DNA of 64,000 bases from the NCBI RefSeq assembly GCF_963921235.1, contig NC_086097.1:25732001-25796000 (forward strand), given 5' to 3'. Positions 63,658 to 64,000 of this stretch are shown here, one piece after another; the stretch's first letter is position 1, and each line of letters opens with the position of its first letter. The notes beneath the pieces were generated by a model. That model saw only the letters and a program-made list of their open reading frames with translations, had not been told where the DNA came from and did no database searches. Source of the DNA: Mobula hypostoma (taxonomy: Eukaryota). The position numbers and the translations under genes are program-made.

Positions 63658-63842
63658 ATGCTTCTGCTAACCTTGCAGGCGCTGACTCTGACAAGAGTCT
63701 CCACGGGATTGAGCCGGGCTGGAAGCGAACGTGAGACGGGTCAATGCCCGAGCGCCTGCGAGTGTTCAGAGTGGAACTCCTTAAAGATAACCTGCAAGTC
63801 CATCGATCACATTCCGACTTTCCCCCGGAGCACGGAGAACAT
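63658..63842 (+). CDS. TSHR: Thyrotropin receptor coding exon 1 (signal peptide and N-terminal cysteine box)
   Basis: MLLLTLQALTLTRVSTG..CPSACECSEWNSLKITCKSIDHIPTFPRSTEN, compared with recalled human [33 protein letters not shown]. In-frame stop upstream, phase-2 donor |gtgagt, and divergent from CEP128 as in human. Confidence 0.9.
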
Positions 63843-63929
63843 GTGAGTAGCCGACCTCTGAGTGCGAGCTCTCCTCCCCCGGGGTGACCGAGCACGGAGG
63901 GACAAGGACTTCGCATTTAGCCGGCTAAG

Positions 63930-64000
63930 TATAGAGTTGGCGTGGAGAGGATGTTTCCTATAGCGGGGGAGTCAAGGACCAGAGGCACAGCCTCAGAATA
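63930..64000 (+). mobile_element. CR1 3' fragment at the start of TSHR intron 1
   Basis: VERMFPIAGESRTRGTA motif. Confidence 0.7.

Noticed and set aside
63584..63916. 110-aa minus-strand ORF and overlapping 68-aa plus-strand ORF
   Set aside because: GC-rich alternative frames overlapping TSHR exon 1, with no recognisable domain.

Overview
Vertebrate genomic DNA, most likely from a cartilaginous fish (ray or skate; inferred from the repeat repertoire and protein divergence). The window holds the 5' ends of two divergently transcribed genes. CEP128 is on the minus strand, with a CpG-rich promoter and candidate exon 1 near 25.5 kb and coding exons at 14228-14377, 7225-7311 and 1351-1462. TSHR is on the plus strand, with coding exon 1 at 63658-63842. 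Human chr14q31 has the same head-to-head arrangement. Most other sequence is decayed, nested transposable elements: CR1, Rex1/Babar-like, RTE and L1/Tx1 LINEs, Penelope-like elements, tRNA-derived SINEs, Gypsy elements and solo LTRs, and Tc1, Tigger, hAT and Harbinger-like DNA transposons. Many have readable target-site duplications (TSDs). The most interesting signals are in non-coding RNA structure. One is a hand-folded HDV-like ribozyme with an unusual hairpin in L3, at the 5' end of a non-autonomous retroposon present as two inverted copies. The other is minimal hammerhead ribozyme motifs in Penelope-derived ends that repeatedly insert as fold-backs. Family names come from motif recognition, not database searches. 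Repeat boundaries without a TSD are approximate.
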